From contig NC_057718.1 of the NCBI RefSeq assembly GCF_004010195.1, positions 46,435,236 through 46,499,235 on the forward strand: a DNA stretch of 64,000 nucleotides. The letters are read 5' to 3'. The notes beneath the pieces were generated by a model. That model was not told where the DNA came from and did no database searches. It saw nothing but the letters and a program-made list of their open reading frames with translations. The position numbers and the translations under genes are program-made. The DNA comes from Chiloscyllium plagiosum. Lineage: Eukaryota. This document shows, piece by piece, positions 12,640 through 23,797 of the stretch (positions are counted from its first letter, which is position 1; every line of letters starts with the position of its first letter).

Positions 12640-13985
12640 AACAAAATCAGGGATTGCTGGAAAAACCCAGCTGGTCTGAGCGCATTGGTGGAGATGACTA
12701 AGTGATCACTGCAGATGCTGGAGATCAAAGTCGAGTGTGCAGTGCTGGAAAAGCACAGCAGCATCCAAGGACCAGGGGGAAAAAAAAAAAAATCGACATT
12801 TCCTGATGAAGGGCTTCTGCTTCTCAGATGCTGCCTGACCTGCTGTGCTTTCCCAGCAGCACTCTCTTGACCCAGCATCTGTGGAGGAAGCAGAGTTAAC
12901 GTTTCATTCTAGTAACCCTTCCTCAGAACTGATGGTAGCTAGGAAAGGTTGGTATGTACAGTATATGGAGGCAGTGGGGGCATAGTAAACAACGGATGGA
13001 GATAGAGTCCAGATGGAAAGAAACAATTGTCAGCCTGAGGAAATCATTAGCAACTAATGGGTAACATTAGTGGCTGACTTTGGGTTGTTTGTAGTAGCAA
13101 CCCATGTGATAGTAAGTTGTATGGGGTTAGAGTAGGAGATGCTGGTGGACATAGGGGAAGTGAGGACCAGGGGGACCCTATCGGTCTTGTTGAAGGGAAG
13201 AGGGGGTGGTGAGGACCGAGGTGTGGAGGCTGGGTCAGGCATGGCTGGAGGGCCTGTCAATCATGGTGAATGGGAATTATCAGTTGATGAAGGTGGTGGA
13301 AATTTCACAGGCCCCCTTGTCAAAAGTAGCATCATTGGAACAGTGGCAATGGAGAGCGAGAAACTGGGAGAACGGAATAGGGTCTTTAGAAGAAGCAGGG
13401 TGTGGAGAGGCATAGTCGAGGTAACTGTGGGAGTCGGTGCGTTTGTAGTGGTTATTGGTGGCCAGCCTATCCCCAGAAATGGAAACAGATGTCGAGGAAG
13501 AGAGTGGAGGAGTCAGCGGTGGACCGTGTGAAGATGAGAGCGGGGTAGAAATTGCAAGTGAAATTGATAAACTTTCCCAATTCAGGATGAGAGGGGGAGG
13601 CTACAGTAGGACCAGAAGAAGGAATGTTTAACATTCCTCAAAAGGGACAGACATAACTGAGGCCCACGTATATAATACCCATACACCCATGACCATACCT
13701 TTGGTGTGAAGAAAGTGAGAAGAGTAAGAGGAGAAATTGTTCAGGGAGAGGACGAGCTCAGGCAGGTGGAGAAGGATGGTGGTGGATGGGGATAGTTCAG
13801 GCCTTTTTTCCAGGAGGAAACTGTGAGGCCTGAGACCATCCTGATTGGGGTTGGACATGTAAAGGGATTGCACATGCATGGTGAAGAGAAGGTAGCTAGT
13901 GCCCGTGAATCGGAAACTCTGAAACTGATGTGAAGTATCAAAAGAATCACATTTGAGAGTGGAAAGGGACCAGACGAGAGGAGAA
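12640..13985 (-). mobile_element. Penelope-like element (family B) with RT remnants; a family-A mini element is nested at ~12694-12874
   Basis: Remnants LVLSLNNFSSYSSHFLHTKGMVMG and DRVPLVLT resemble PLE RT. Terminal hammerhead-like motif AGUU-CUGAGGA...GAAACGUU-AACU at ~12895-12931 on the minus strand, with stem II decayed. Confidence 0.75.
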
Positions 13986-15521
13986 TTCACTGGCCGAGTT
14001 CAGACTCATAACAGGATCAAGAGAGCTGTGGTTATTTACACAGCTGGACAGAATTGTTGACTTTGCTTCACTGACATCTTTATGTGGTTCTACCACTTTT
14101 CCTTCTGCTATGCTCTCTGTTGTAAATATTTCAATATTTATCTGCATACAACTAAGTAGGGTAAAGTATTCAAAGTTTCTATTATTTATATTTTAATGGT
14201 CTATTTGATAGAAAAGAAAGATTATCGAAGTGTCAAAGAGTTACTTTATTTTTTTTCTAAGCAGATTGATACACACCATTTTTACTATCAGGCTCATTGA
14301 TTCTGTACATAGGGTGAATGGACATGAAGTCCCTGTGCTGACTCATGCCCTGTTAAGGGACTAATGGGGCGATGAGACATGAGTTGGCATAGGTGGGATG
14401 GGGAGTAGCCTGGCAGACTATGACAAGTGAAGTACGAGGGCTAGAGGGCCTGAAATGTAACCAAATGATTGAGCCAGAGTCTGAGAGAACCATGGCATGC
14501 ACTCCAACCAGCCCATTTTGGCAACCCTAGTGGCCATCTGTTTCTCGGATGGTGGGTCCCACTCTAACCTGCACCTGTACTCCAGAACAAAATAGGTCCT
14601 TACAGGGCTGCCCTAGACGAGGGGATTGAGTCAAGGGGAGTAGAGACCTAGAGTCACAAAGATGAGAAATTAAGAGTTTGGGGCTAGGAACGTGTGTTAC
14701 CTGGTCGAGAAATAGCCAGGGTTCAGCATGGAAACTGGGGGATGGGTGCTGAAGCAGTATATGGGTTGATGGTCAAATCAGGAGTCAAGATAGGGAATAT
14801 CGAAGGTCACTAGCTGTGTTCAAGGATAGTGAACATTTGGAGTCAGACACAGGCCTGGAGAGTGATTAGTCAGGATCAGGCTTAGCTGGATTAGAACACA
14901 ATGATTGTATGGCTGTGAGGCAATGGTACCAACTAGAATGAGCCCATAGAAAGTACCAAACGTTCTGTATTGATTTGTTTTAAAAAAAAATTATTTCAGC
15001 TCTAAGACTCTAAAATCCACATTATCCACCCCTTGACTGGGCTATTGGAAAAACAGTGACAAATAAGCTTCCTGTCCTTTGCCATCTCAGCTACTGGGGA
15101 ACCGTATTTACCAATCTATCCAGTGATTGGGAGAGCCCCAGTATTCCTTTGTTTTAGATGTTCACAGAGCCGATCTTAACAGGGCTAATTCAACAGGATC
15201 ACTACAAATGGCATCAGTAGCTGCAAACTATGCAGAGGAAAGAGGACAGTCAGTGAAGTTTCCAATGTTGGTCAATAAAATGAGCAACTTTAAGTTTGTT
15301 GAACTAAGGAATGCCCACTTGAGCCAAATATCAAAGAGCATCTTATGCCTCTTCAACAATAATGTAATACAAGGCCATGGCCCTAACCTCCCAGTTCCAC
15401 CTTCACTCTGCTGCACCTCAGTTGGAAAGTGAGGGAAATTTCTTTTGAAGCTCCTCTGCTGGTTTCCAACTCTCTATACTATTTCCAACATTTTGCATTT
15501 AAATTATGGACTGGGGACGGT

Positions 15522-15541
15522 GGGGGGGGGGGGGGGGGGGG
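15522..15541 (+). repeat. G20 homopolymer
   Basis: Directly visible. Confidence 0.9.
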
Positions 15542-16479
15542 AACTGGCATTAGAAGACTTTCTTTGGGCTACCACAAAGACTGCAGACATGTTCAACTCC
15601 CACTCTCACCAGAGGTAATTCCCTTGTAAAAATCCAAGAAATATGCCAATAATGTATAGGGACCTGACTCCGGAAAATCTACAGCAGTTGGAACTCCAAA
15701 TCAAGGGTACTCTGAGCAGAATAGCAATGTGGAAAATCTGTGTTGGCATCTTTGGGAAAAGAGAATCAAGAGGTATTAGGGTGGTGAACATAATAACAAA
15801 GTAAAATTTTGATTCTAAGGACACACATAAACCATTGTGTACGCTCAGAGTGCTTTAATTTAGAAAGCACAGAAAGATAAATATGACTTTAGGAAAGCAG
15901 TTTGGAAACAGATTAGAAATCTACCACCATCTAAATCATTAATCAGCTGAATTTCAAAACAAACACGACCGTCTTGACCAAACAGATATTCAAATAACAT
16001 GAACAGTAAGTGGATTGACTCATCATTTCATCGTCTTACTGAAAAAATAGGAACTCACTGAAATGCAATCTAGAACCAAGTGCCAAACGGTGAATAGGCA
16101 CAGGGTGAAGATGTATTTTCCTCATGCTGGAAACCAAATACTACACAAGCTGAACCCAGTTACAATAACACAACCTATAGCTAAATTTAAAAGGATACCC
16201 CTACCTGACTAGTCTGAGATTTCCGTTGCTGAAACCAGTCATACCTCAGAGATCTTTGAATGAGATTGCCCAATTAACGTCAATTGGTGAGGAATTATGG
16301 ACAGTTTTGTGCTGCTGAGAATAGGTTGAGTACCCAAACTGTTTTCACTTGTGATAACAGCTGCTAAATAAAAGATAGAAGCAAAGATTCTATCCCATCT
16401 GTCTAAACTGTACTTACATTGTGTTCGACAGTTGAACAGCCTCATTCCCTCCGTCACCCCCAAATCACGCACAAAATCC

Positions 16480-16720
16480 AATATACAGCCAGCTCAGTTC
16501 CCTTCTTGTAAGCATACACTGGGAGATTTGGTAGCTGGGAACATTTGGTAGCTGTTTCCCTGCTCTTCTGCAAAGTGGTACCACGGGATCTTTGTACCCA
16601 TCTGAAGAAACAGACAAGGCCTCATCTGAATGACAGCATAGCAGCACTTCCTCACTGCTGCTCCAGTAAATTGAATGCTCCAGTCTTGGGAGTTGGATTT
16701 AAAACAACTAACACATCAAA
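16480..16720 (-). mobile_element. Old SINE fragment, possibly Deu-domain (SacSINE1/AmnSINE-related)
   Basis: Minus strand GCTGTCATTCAGATGAGG resembles the Deu-domain core as recalled. Strongly decayed. Confidence 0.35.
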
Positions 16721-17179
16721 CCAACTATGGAGTTGTTCCATATGTTCTCATCCAGGCTGTTTAGAGAGCAAATGAGTAGAGTACAGAAAAGTTGTAATCA
16801 CTCTGGTCTTACCATCATCAGTCTGAGCAAACAAGGTCACACTAGCAATCAGCTAAAGCAAAAACTGGCACTATTACCCTCCTTTCCCTCCAATATTCCA
16901 GCTGTACAACTGAGACAGAGGAGAATGTTCAAGGGCCACCTCGATGGGTGGGGCCCTTGACATCTTCTTAATTAAGGGCACTCCTCTGAGGAGGTCACGT
17001 GTAAAACAGTGGTAGATCCCTAGGAGCAGGTCAAGGAGTCAACTGAGTCAGATGCACCACTCAGTGGGGAATGTCAAGCCAATAAGACAGACATTTTTTA
17101 GGCCCTTCTTATATCCCTTATTCATGGCCAGCATACAGGAAAATCAGGAATGAAAGTGGTCTTATGTCTCCATATAGTT

Positions 17180-17358
17180 AGTTAAAAATCACACACCTGC
17201 CTATAGTCCAACAGGTTTATTTGGAAGTACTAATTTTCAGAGCACTGCTCTTTCATCAGGTAGCACACCAAATGCTAGTGCTTCCAAATAAACCTGGACT
17301 ACAACCGAGTGTTGTGATTTTTAAAAGTTGTCCATCCCAATCCAACAGCAGCTCCCCT
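17180..17358. mobile_element. Penelope-derived fold-back element (family C)
   Basis: Inverted arms TTAAAAATCACA..TAGTCCA..AGGTTTATTTGGAAG and CTTCCAAATAAACCT..GGACTA..TGTGATTTTTAA, plus an unpaired tail. A hammerhead motif lies inside. Confidence 0.7.
17228..17262 (-). ncRNA. Minimal type-I hammerhead ribozyme motif (PLE family C)
   Basis: UAC-CUGAUGA-A-AGAGC-agu-GCUCU-GAAA-AU-UA-GUA. Stem I is 3 bp, stem II is 5 bp, helix III is the palindrome AAUU. Confidence 0.7.
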
Positions 17359-17659
17359 ACTCCATACACTTGAGCAGCGATCGCCTCTGACAGTAAGCCA
17401 TCTATTTTTCAGTCCGAAATGGTCTTCTGCTCACCCTCAAAAGACAGTTTGTCAACCTTAATTCACAGAGAGCTCTACTTCCTCCTCCAGAACATTCTCT
17501 GGATATCGCAACCAACATTTCCGCATTCCCAATCTTCCAATTCATTCCAAGATTTTAAGAGATGGTTCTCTGGATACACTCATATGACTTAAAAATGACT
17601 AAATGACAAAGTTGCATTTTTAGGATTGAACCATAAAATTGAACTGTAAATTTAAGAAA

Positions 17660-17896
17660 AAAACACAAAGAACGGCAGATGTTAAAGATCTGAAACAAAA
17701 ACAGAAGTTGCTGGAAAAACTGAGCAGGTCTGGCAGCATCTGTGGAAAGTGAGTTAACATTTTGAGTTCGAATATGACATTTCTTCAGAGCCTGCTGAAG
17801 AAAGGTCATTAGATCTGAAACATCAAATCTGCTCTCTCTCTCTCCACAGATGTTGCCAGTCCTGCTGAGCTTTTCCAGCATTTTCTGTTTTTGTTT
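17660..17896. mobile_element. Penelope-derived fold-back element (family B)
   Basis: Inverted arms AAAAACAGAAGTTGCTGGAAAA.. and ..TTTTCCAGCATTTTCTGTTTTT. Plus-strand core CUGAAGA-A-AGGUC-auua-GAUCU-GAAA-CAUC at 17795-17824. Confidence 0.75.
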
Positions 17897-17922
17897 ATTT
17901 TAAACTTTGAAAAGGTGCTTAC

Positions 17923-17970
17923 TTTTAAAATGAATGTCTCCTGTGTCCTGGAATCCAACACGAGTAAAAC
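17923..17970 (-). CDS. RPS6KC1: RPS6KC1 exon: VLLVLDSRTQETFILK
   Basis: Acceptor tttctttccaAAG, donor AAA|GTAAGC; 48 nt, phase 0 to 0. Joins VIDK to SLRKSS in frame. Confidence 0.93.
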
Positions 17971-18744
17971 CTTTGGAAAGAAATACAACCACAAGTTAAA
18001 ATCAGTACTTCTTCAACACAGGTTACGTAACTCGTCTGTGTACACATTCAGCCCAAAGGTGCATCTTAAAATTGAATCAGTGATAGCAGGATGTAATGGC
18101 TACAGAAATCATATGCAGCCCAAAACTGACCTCTAGAGAAACACCTGAAAAAGGAAAGACAAAACAAAAACTGAACAAAACTGCCTCGTCTTCTTTCTCC
18201 TCATAAAGCCGGAGAATATTTACAGTGTGCTGACACGAAGAAAGCACATCTGTGAATTTTTTTTTAAATTGGCCGTCGGCAAATAGTTTTCCCAAACAGG
18301 TGTTTTATAAATGACTGCAAATCAGCCCCTGGAAACACCTCCTCTAAGCCAGGCGAAACCAATGATAATATAATTAGAGCCAGATACATCAGGCGGCTAG
18401 ATAGTCTCCATCTGTTCAATGTCATATTTAATCACTTTTACTTCTTTAAATCTGTGGCAATTGAGCTTTCATAAACTTACTTACTAAAACATGAATATTT
18501 CTACTGCCAAGTCCTGTGGAATATGCATGGAATACAGCTGGGTTGTCTCTGACCCAACTGGTGCTCTATGATGTAAACAGAAATGCAGTCTTTTGCATTT
18601 TAATTATTTATCTTCCTCAGTAAATTCTTCCTAGAGAGTGGAAAATCTCTTTACAAAACCTGTTAACTTTTTAATGCAAGTGACTTCCCTAGTGTCCCTC
18701 TTCCTGTCACAAAGCAAAACTAATTGTCGTTTTATGCACTCCTA

Positions 18745-18890
18745 GGATGCAGCTCGGCCAGTATGTGTTGCCCGTCCCTACTTGCCCTTGAGAAGGTGGT
18801 GGTGAGCTGGCTTCTTTAACCACTGCAGTCTGCGTGTAGGTTGACTCACAATGCCCTCAGGGAAGGAATTCCAGGATTTTAACCCAGATT
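18745..18890 (-). mobile_element. CR1/L2-clade LINE 3' fragment
   Basis: Homologous to 1030-1150 and 48200-48330. Confidence 0.6.
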
Positions 18891-19192
18891 CCTCTCCTTT
18901 GTCCAATGTACCTATTTGTTACAATAGGCCATATTTTATATGCAGTGCAAAAGACCATTTATGTTTGGGTGCAATGTTTTCATAGCTGGTTTCACAGCTT
19001 TAGTTGCTACAGTGTCCTAAGAATAAGTCACAACATCAAATTACAAAGACAGAATTTCAAAAGGTTTTAGGAAGGAAATAGCACCGAAGAAAATATTGAC
19101 TTCAAAAATTACACAGAACAAGCTAGCAGAGTCAGTTATTTTAAGTGTATTTGGGAGTTGGTGGAAGACAATATTTGAAATTGGGATAAGAA

Positions 19193-19520
19193 ACATAAGA
19201 AATAGGAGCAGTATGCGACCATCTGACCCCTCCAGTCTGCTCCGCCATTCGATAAGATCATGGTTGATCGTTTCATGGACTCAGCTCCAGTTACCCACCA
19301 TAACCTTGAATTCCTTTACTGTTCAAAAATCTATCTTTGCCTTAAAAAATATTCAATGAGGTAGCTTCGACTACTTCACTGGGCAGAGAATTCCACAGAT
19401 TCATGACCCTTTGGGAGAGGTTTCTCCTCCACTTAGTCCTAAATCTGTTCCCCTTATTTTGAGGCTATATCCCCTAGTCCTAGTTTCACCCACTAGTGGA
19501 AACAACCTCCTGCTTCTTCC
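19193..19520 (-). mobile_element. CR1 LINE 3' end fragment
   Basis: Typical CR1 3' region (..AATCTGTGGAATTCTCTGCCCAG.. on minus), homologous to 22480-22740 and 57000-57290. Confidence 0.7.
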
Positions 19521-20444
19521 TTACTTATTCCCTTCATACGAGTTGGAGTCAGTAGCCATACTAATTCACCAAGGATTCTTCAACAGGTTTGGCATTTTAG
19601 GTCTACACTAGGAACCAGTTTCAATCATTTGTACCATTCCCTTGATATCAGCAGCACTTCCTGCAGCAGTGACTGTTAGTTCCCATTCCAATTCATGAGT
19701 GACCTCTAGCACTAGAAAGATTAAGAACCCACAGTTAACCTGGATGTGGCTGTGACTTAAGTCGATTGCACTGAGTGAATTTTGAAAATGACGAGTTTTA
19801 ATTAATCATTGTGCAGAGATTTTCTTGCAGTGGAAAAAATGCTAAATGAATAAAAGTACAGCTGCTGCAAACTGAAAAGGTTTACAGTTATGACTAGTGA
19901 GAATTTTCCTGCCAAACAAGGCACAGGTTAGATCTTATGAACCAAAAGATTACAAATTTTGACAATTCTGTCAATTCCCATATCTGTTGATGTTTACCAT
20001 TAAAATAATAATTGGCATTATGATTATATTCAAATAAAGTTTTTTCTACATCTGTTGATCACTCAATTTTCTTCTGCAAACATGAAATTTGGATGGTATT
20101 ACCAGTGAAATTTAGATATCAATCCAGGTTTTAAAAATTACAATCAAATGAGGGTATTTTAACTCATTCTAGCAAAAACTAAATTTTGTTAGCCTCTAAA
20201 TTTCATTAATTGTCTTGAATTTTAAAGATTTCAAATTTTGTCCCAAACTGCAGCTACCAGGATATAAAATAGACTCCATGAAAAATTGGTGTTATCTTGG
20301 ACCCAGGCTGTCTTCAGTGAAAAATACTTCCCATGTCTGAATGGAGTCACCCTGCATATTGGTTTAGATTGAAATATTTAGAAACTGGGTGTAGAAACTT
20401 GATGTCTATCCCCGAAGTGGATATTTTGAAAATTTAAATATCGA

Positions 20445-20660
20445 AAAAACTGCGAATGCTGTAAATCAGAAACAAAAACAGAAGTTGCTGGAAAAGCTCA
20501 GCAGGTCAGGCAGCATCTGTAAAGGGAAATTAAGAGTATACATTTCAGGTCCAGTGACCCTTCTGAGGGAGAGTCACCTGACCCAAAACATTAACTCTGA
20601 TTTCTCTTCACAGATGCTGTCAGGCCTGCTGAGCTTTTCCAGCAACTTCTGTTTTGATCT
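20445..20660. mobile_element. Penelope-derived fold-back element (family B)
   Basis: Inverted arms CAAAAACAGAAGTTGCTGGAAAAGCTCAGCAGG and CCTGCTGAGCTTTTCCAGCAACTTCTGTTTTG. Hammerhead cores are truncated. Confidence 0.75.
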
Positions 20661-21409
20661 TGAAAATATGTTGGTAAAGCCACTATTTCAGAGATAAGTG
20701 GTCTCCAGTGACCAACATATCAAACTTGTGCCCTGCTTGACTCATGCTGGTCTTAACCGTAAACTTTTCCAGTTTACTTCAATTGCCTTCCTATTCTTTC
20801 AGCATTTCCACTGAAAGGAAAATTCTCCATAACGATTAATTAAAACCTTTCATTTTCAAAACTCATTCCATGCAATTTACTTAACTCACAGCCGCATCAA
20901 GAACCAATTAGAATGGCTGGAACCAAGCAATGGGAACACTATATTGGCCTCTATGACTGATCAGTGCCCTTTGTGGAATAGGGGGAACAAATATGCCGAG
21001 TGGGCCCTCATGGCAGAACGGCAATGTCCCTACATCTGAGCCAGAAGACCCAGGCTTGGAGTCCCACTTGACCCGGAGATTTTTCATTTCAGTAATACGA
21101 ACAAGGGCAAGACTTATACAGTTACTGGTAGAGCCCTATTGAATGCTGTTGAACAGACAGACCTAGGTACATAGTTCTTTAAAAGTTACATCATAGGTAT
21201 AGAAGCTGGTAAAGGCAGCCTTTCGACGTTTGCCTTCATTGCTCAGACCATTGAGTATAGGAGTTGGGACATCATTTTGCGGTTAGAGAGGACATTGGTG
21301 AGGCCACCTTTGGAGTACCGTATACTGTACTGGCTCAAAGTTTGTGCGAAGATTTGTAGCTCGGGTGCTCATTGTTGTGGTTCTGTCCGCCGAGCTGGAA
21401 GTTTTTGTT

Positions 21410-21449
21410 GCAAACGTTTCGTCCCCTGGCTAGGCGACATCATCAGTGC
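21410..21449 (-). ncRNA. Minimal type-I hammerhead ribozyme motif (PLE family D), sense to the pre-mRNA
   Basis: GCA-CUGAUGA-U-GUC-g-CCU-agcc-AGG-g-GAC-GAAA-CG-UU-UGC. Confidence 0.78.
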
Positions 21450-21756
21450 TTGGGAGCCTCCTGCGAAGCGCTTCTTTTATGATAGTAGTGTTATCATACT
21501 ATCATATGACATACTATGATAGTAGTGTTATCATACTATGACACTACTATCATAGGACAAGTCAGACAGAGAACAGCCAGGGAATTCCTAGAGGCATGGC
21601 ATTCATCCACAAACTCCATCAACAAACACATCGACCTGGACCCAATATACCAACCACTACAGCGGACAGCTGAAACTGACAACCGGAAGCGGCAGGGACA
21701 GACCACTATAAACACCGGAGGAAACATCAAAGAAGCGCTTCGCAGGAGGCTCCCAA

Positions 21757-21796
21757 GCACTGATGATGTCGCCTAGCCAGGGGACGAAACGTTTGC
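21757..21796 (+). ncRNA. Minimal type-I hammerhead ribozyme motif (PLE family D)
   Basis: Identical to 21410-21449 on the opposite strand. CTGATGA at 21760-21766, GAAA at 21786-21789. Confidence 0.78.
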
Positions 21797-23489
21797 AACA
21801 AAAACTTCCAGCTCGGCGAACAGAACCACAACACTGTACTGGCTGCCCTGCTACAAGAAGGATATTATTATGTTGGAGAGGGTGCAGAAAACATTTACAA
21901 AGATGTTGTTATCAGGAATGGAGGGTTGAAGTTTATAAGGAAGGCTGGATAGGCTGGGACATTTTTCACTGGAGCATAGGAGGTTGAGAATTGACCTTTT
22001 TAGGGATTTATAAAACCATAAAAGGACATAGATAAGGTGAATAGCAAAGATCGTTTCTGTTGGCACAGGGGAGTTCAAAAGTATGGGGCATTTTTTAAGG
22101 TGAGAGGAGAAAGATTAAAAGGGGATCTGAAGGGTAATTTATTTTTAAAAAAAGAGGCTGGTTCAGATGTGGAATGAAATGTTAGAGGAACTGATAGATC
22201 CTGGTACAGTTACAACATTTAAAAGACATTTGGACAGGTAGGTGAATGGTTTAGAAGGAAGTGGGCCAAACACGGCAGATAGGACCAGTTTAGTTTGGGA
22301 AATTTGGTCACCATGGACGAAGGATCTGTTTCCATGTTGTACGGCACTAGGAGGTATGTCATAAACATGTCTATGCCAATTGATAGGGAAAACTCAGTAA
22401 ATTCGCCAATGTACATTCTCCCCCTCTCCATTGTTGGTCTGCAATGTCCTTCAAATGTAAATTACTCCATAACACCATAAAAGATAGGAGTGGAAATTAG
22501 GCCATTTGGCCCATCAAGTCTGCTCCCCCATTCAATCATGGCTGATGGGGTTGACAAACCTATATTCCTACTTTCTCCCTGTAACCTTTAATCTCCTTGG
22601 CAATCAAGAACTTGTATCTGTTTTAAATATCCTCAATGACCTGACCTCCACAGCCTTTTGTAGCAATGAATTCCACAGATTCAATACTCTCTGGCTAAAA
22701 AAAAAAATCTGCTTATCGCCATTCTAATGGGTCTTCCCTTTACTATTCCCAATGTCCACACTGTCCAGTATTCGAAGTTTCAATCAGATCCCCCCTACAT
22801 CCGTCTAAACAACGTGCATCGTCCTAGAGTCTTCAAATGTTCCTTCTACGTGAACCCATTCATTCCTGGGATCATTCTCGTGAACCGCCTCTGGACCTGC
22901 TCCAGGGCCAGTAGATCCTTCTTGGAGGTATGGGGCCCAAAACTGCTCAGAATACTCTAAATGTGGTCTGACCAGAGCCTTATAAAGCCTCAGAAATTCA
23001 TCCCTGCTTTTATATTATAGTCCTCTTGAGATAAATGATAATATTGTATTTGCCTTTCGAACCACAGACTCAATGTGCAGTTTACCTCAAGAGAAACCTC
23101 ACTCTGACTTCCAAGTCCCTTTGCACTCCAGATTTCTACATTTTCTCACCATTAGAAAACAATCCATGCCTCGATTCTTCCTACCAAAGTGCATGACCTC
23201 ACACTTCCTCACATTGCATTTTATCTGTCACTTCTTACCCCATTCTCCTAACCTTTCTAAATCCTTCTGCAGCCTCCTTGCCTTCTCAATACTACTAGCC
23301 CTTCTCCCTAGCTTGGCATTATCTGCAGACTTAGCCAGAATGCCCTCAATTCCTTCATCTAGATCATTAATGTATAAAGTGAAAAGTTGTGGCCCCCAAC
23401 ACTGACCCTTGTGGAACATCACCAGCTTCCATCCTGAGAAGGACCCTTTTATCCCCACTCTCTGCCTTCTGCCAGACAGCCAAACTTCT

Positions 23490-23797
23490 GTTGTGGTTTT
23501 GTTCGCCGAGCTGGGAATTTGTGTTGCAGACATTTCGTCCCATGTCTAGGTGACATCCTCAGTGCTTGGGCGCCTCCTGTGAAGCGCTTCTTTGATGTTT
23601 CCTCTGGCATTTGTACAGGTTTGAATCTGCCGCTCCGGTTTCCGGAGGAAACATCACAGAAGCGCTTCACAGGAGGCTCCCAAGCAGTGAGGATGTCACC
23701 TAGACAGGGGACGAAATGTCTGCAACACAAATTCTCAGCTCGGCGAACAGAACCACAACAACGAGCACTCGAGCTACAAATCTTCTCACAAACTTTG
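23490..23797. mobile_element. Penelope-derived fold-back element (family D), 12-bp TSD
   Basis: Inverted arms ~23489-23606 and ~23642-23760, plus a 37-nt tail. TSD AGCCAAACTTCT at 23478-23489 and 23798-23809. Confidence 0.9.
23525..23566 (-). ncRNA. Minimal type-I hammerhead ribozyme motif (PLE family D), sense to the pre-mRNA
   Basis: GCA-CUGAGGA-U-GUC...GAC-GAAA-UG-UC-UGC with a GUC cleavage triplet. The plus-strand partner (~23684-23723) has C3 mutated to G. Confidence 0.7.

Larger units (their letters stand above)
21336..21832 (+). mobile_element. Young Penelope (family D) insertion: GIY-YIG C-terminus flanked by 105-bp inverted arms, 12-bp TSD
   Basis: Peptide TTIIGQVRQRTAREFLEAWHSSTNSINKHIDLDPIYQPL. 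Arms 21373-21477 and 21729-21833 with 1 mismatch. TSD ACTGTACTGGCT at 21324-21335 and 21833-21844. Confidence 0.9.
21085..22345 (+). mobile_element. CR1 (HER1-like) LINE 3' part, split by a Penelope insertion
   Basis: RTLVRPPLEY before the insertion and KDIIMLERVQK after it. CR1-type tail at ~22260-22345. Confidence 0.8.
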
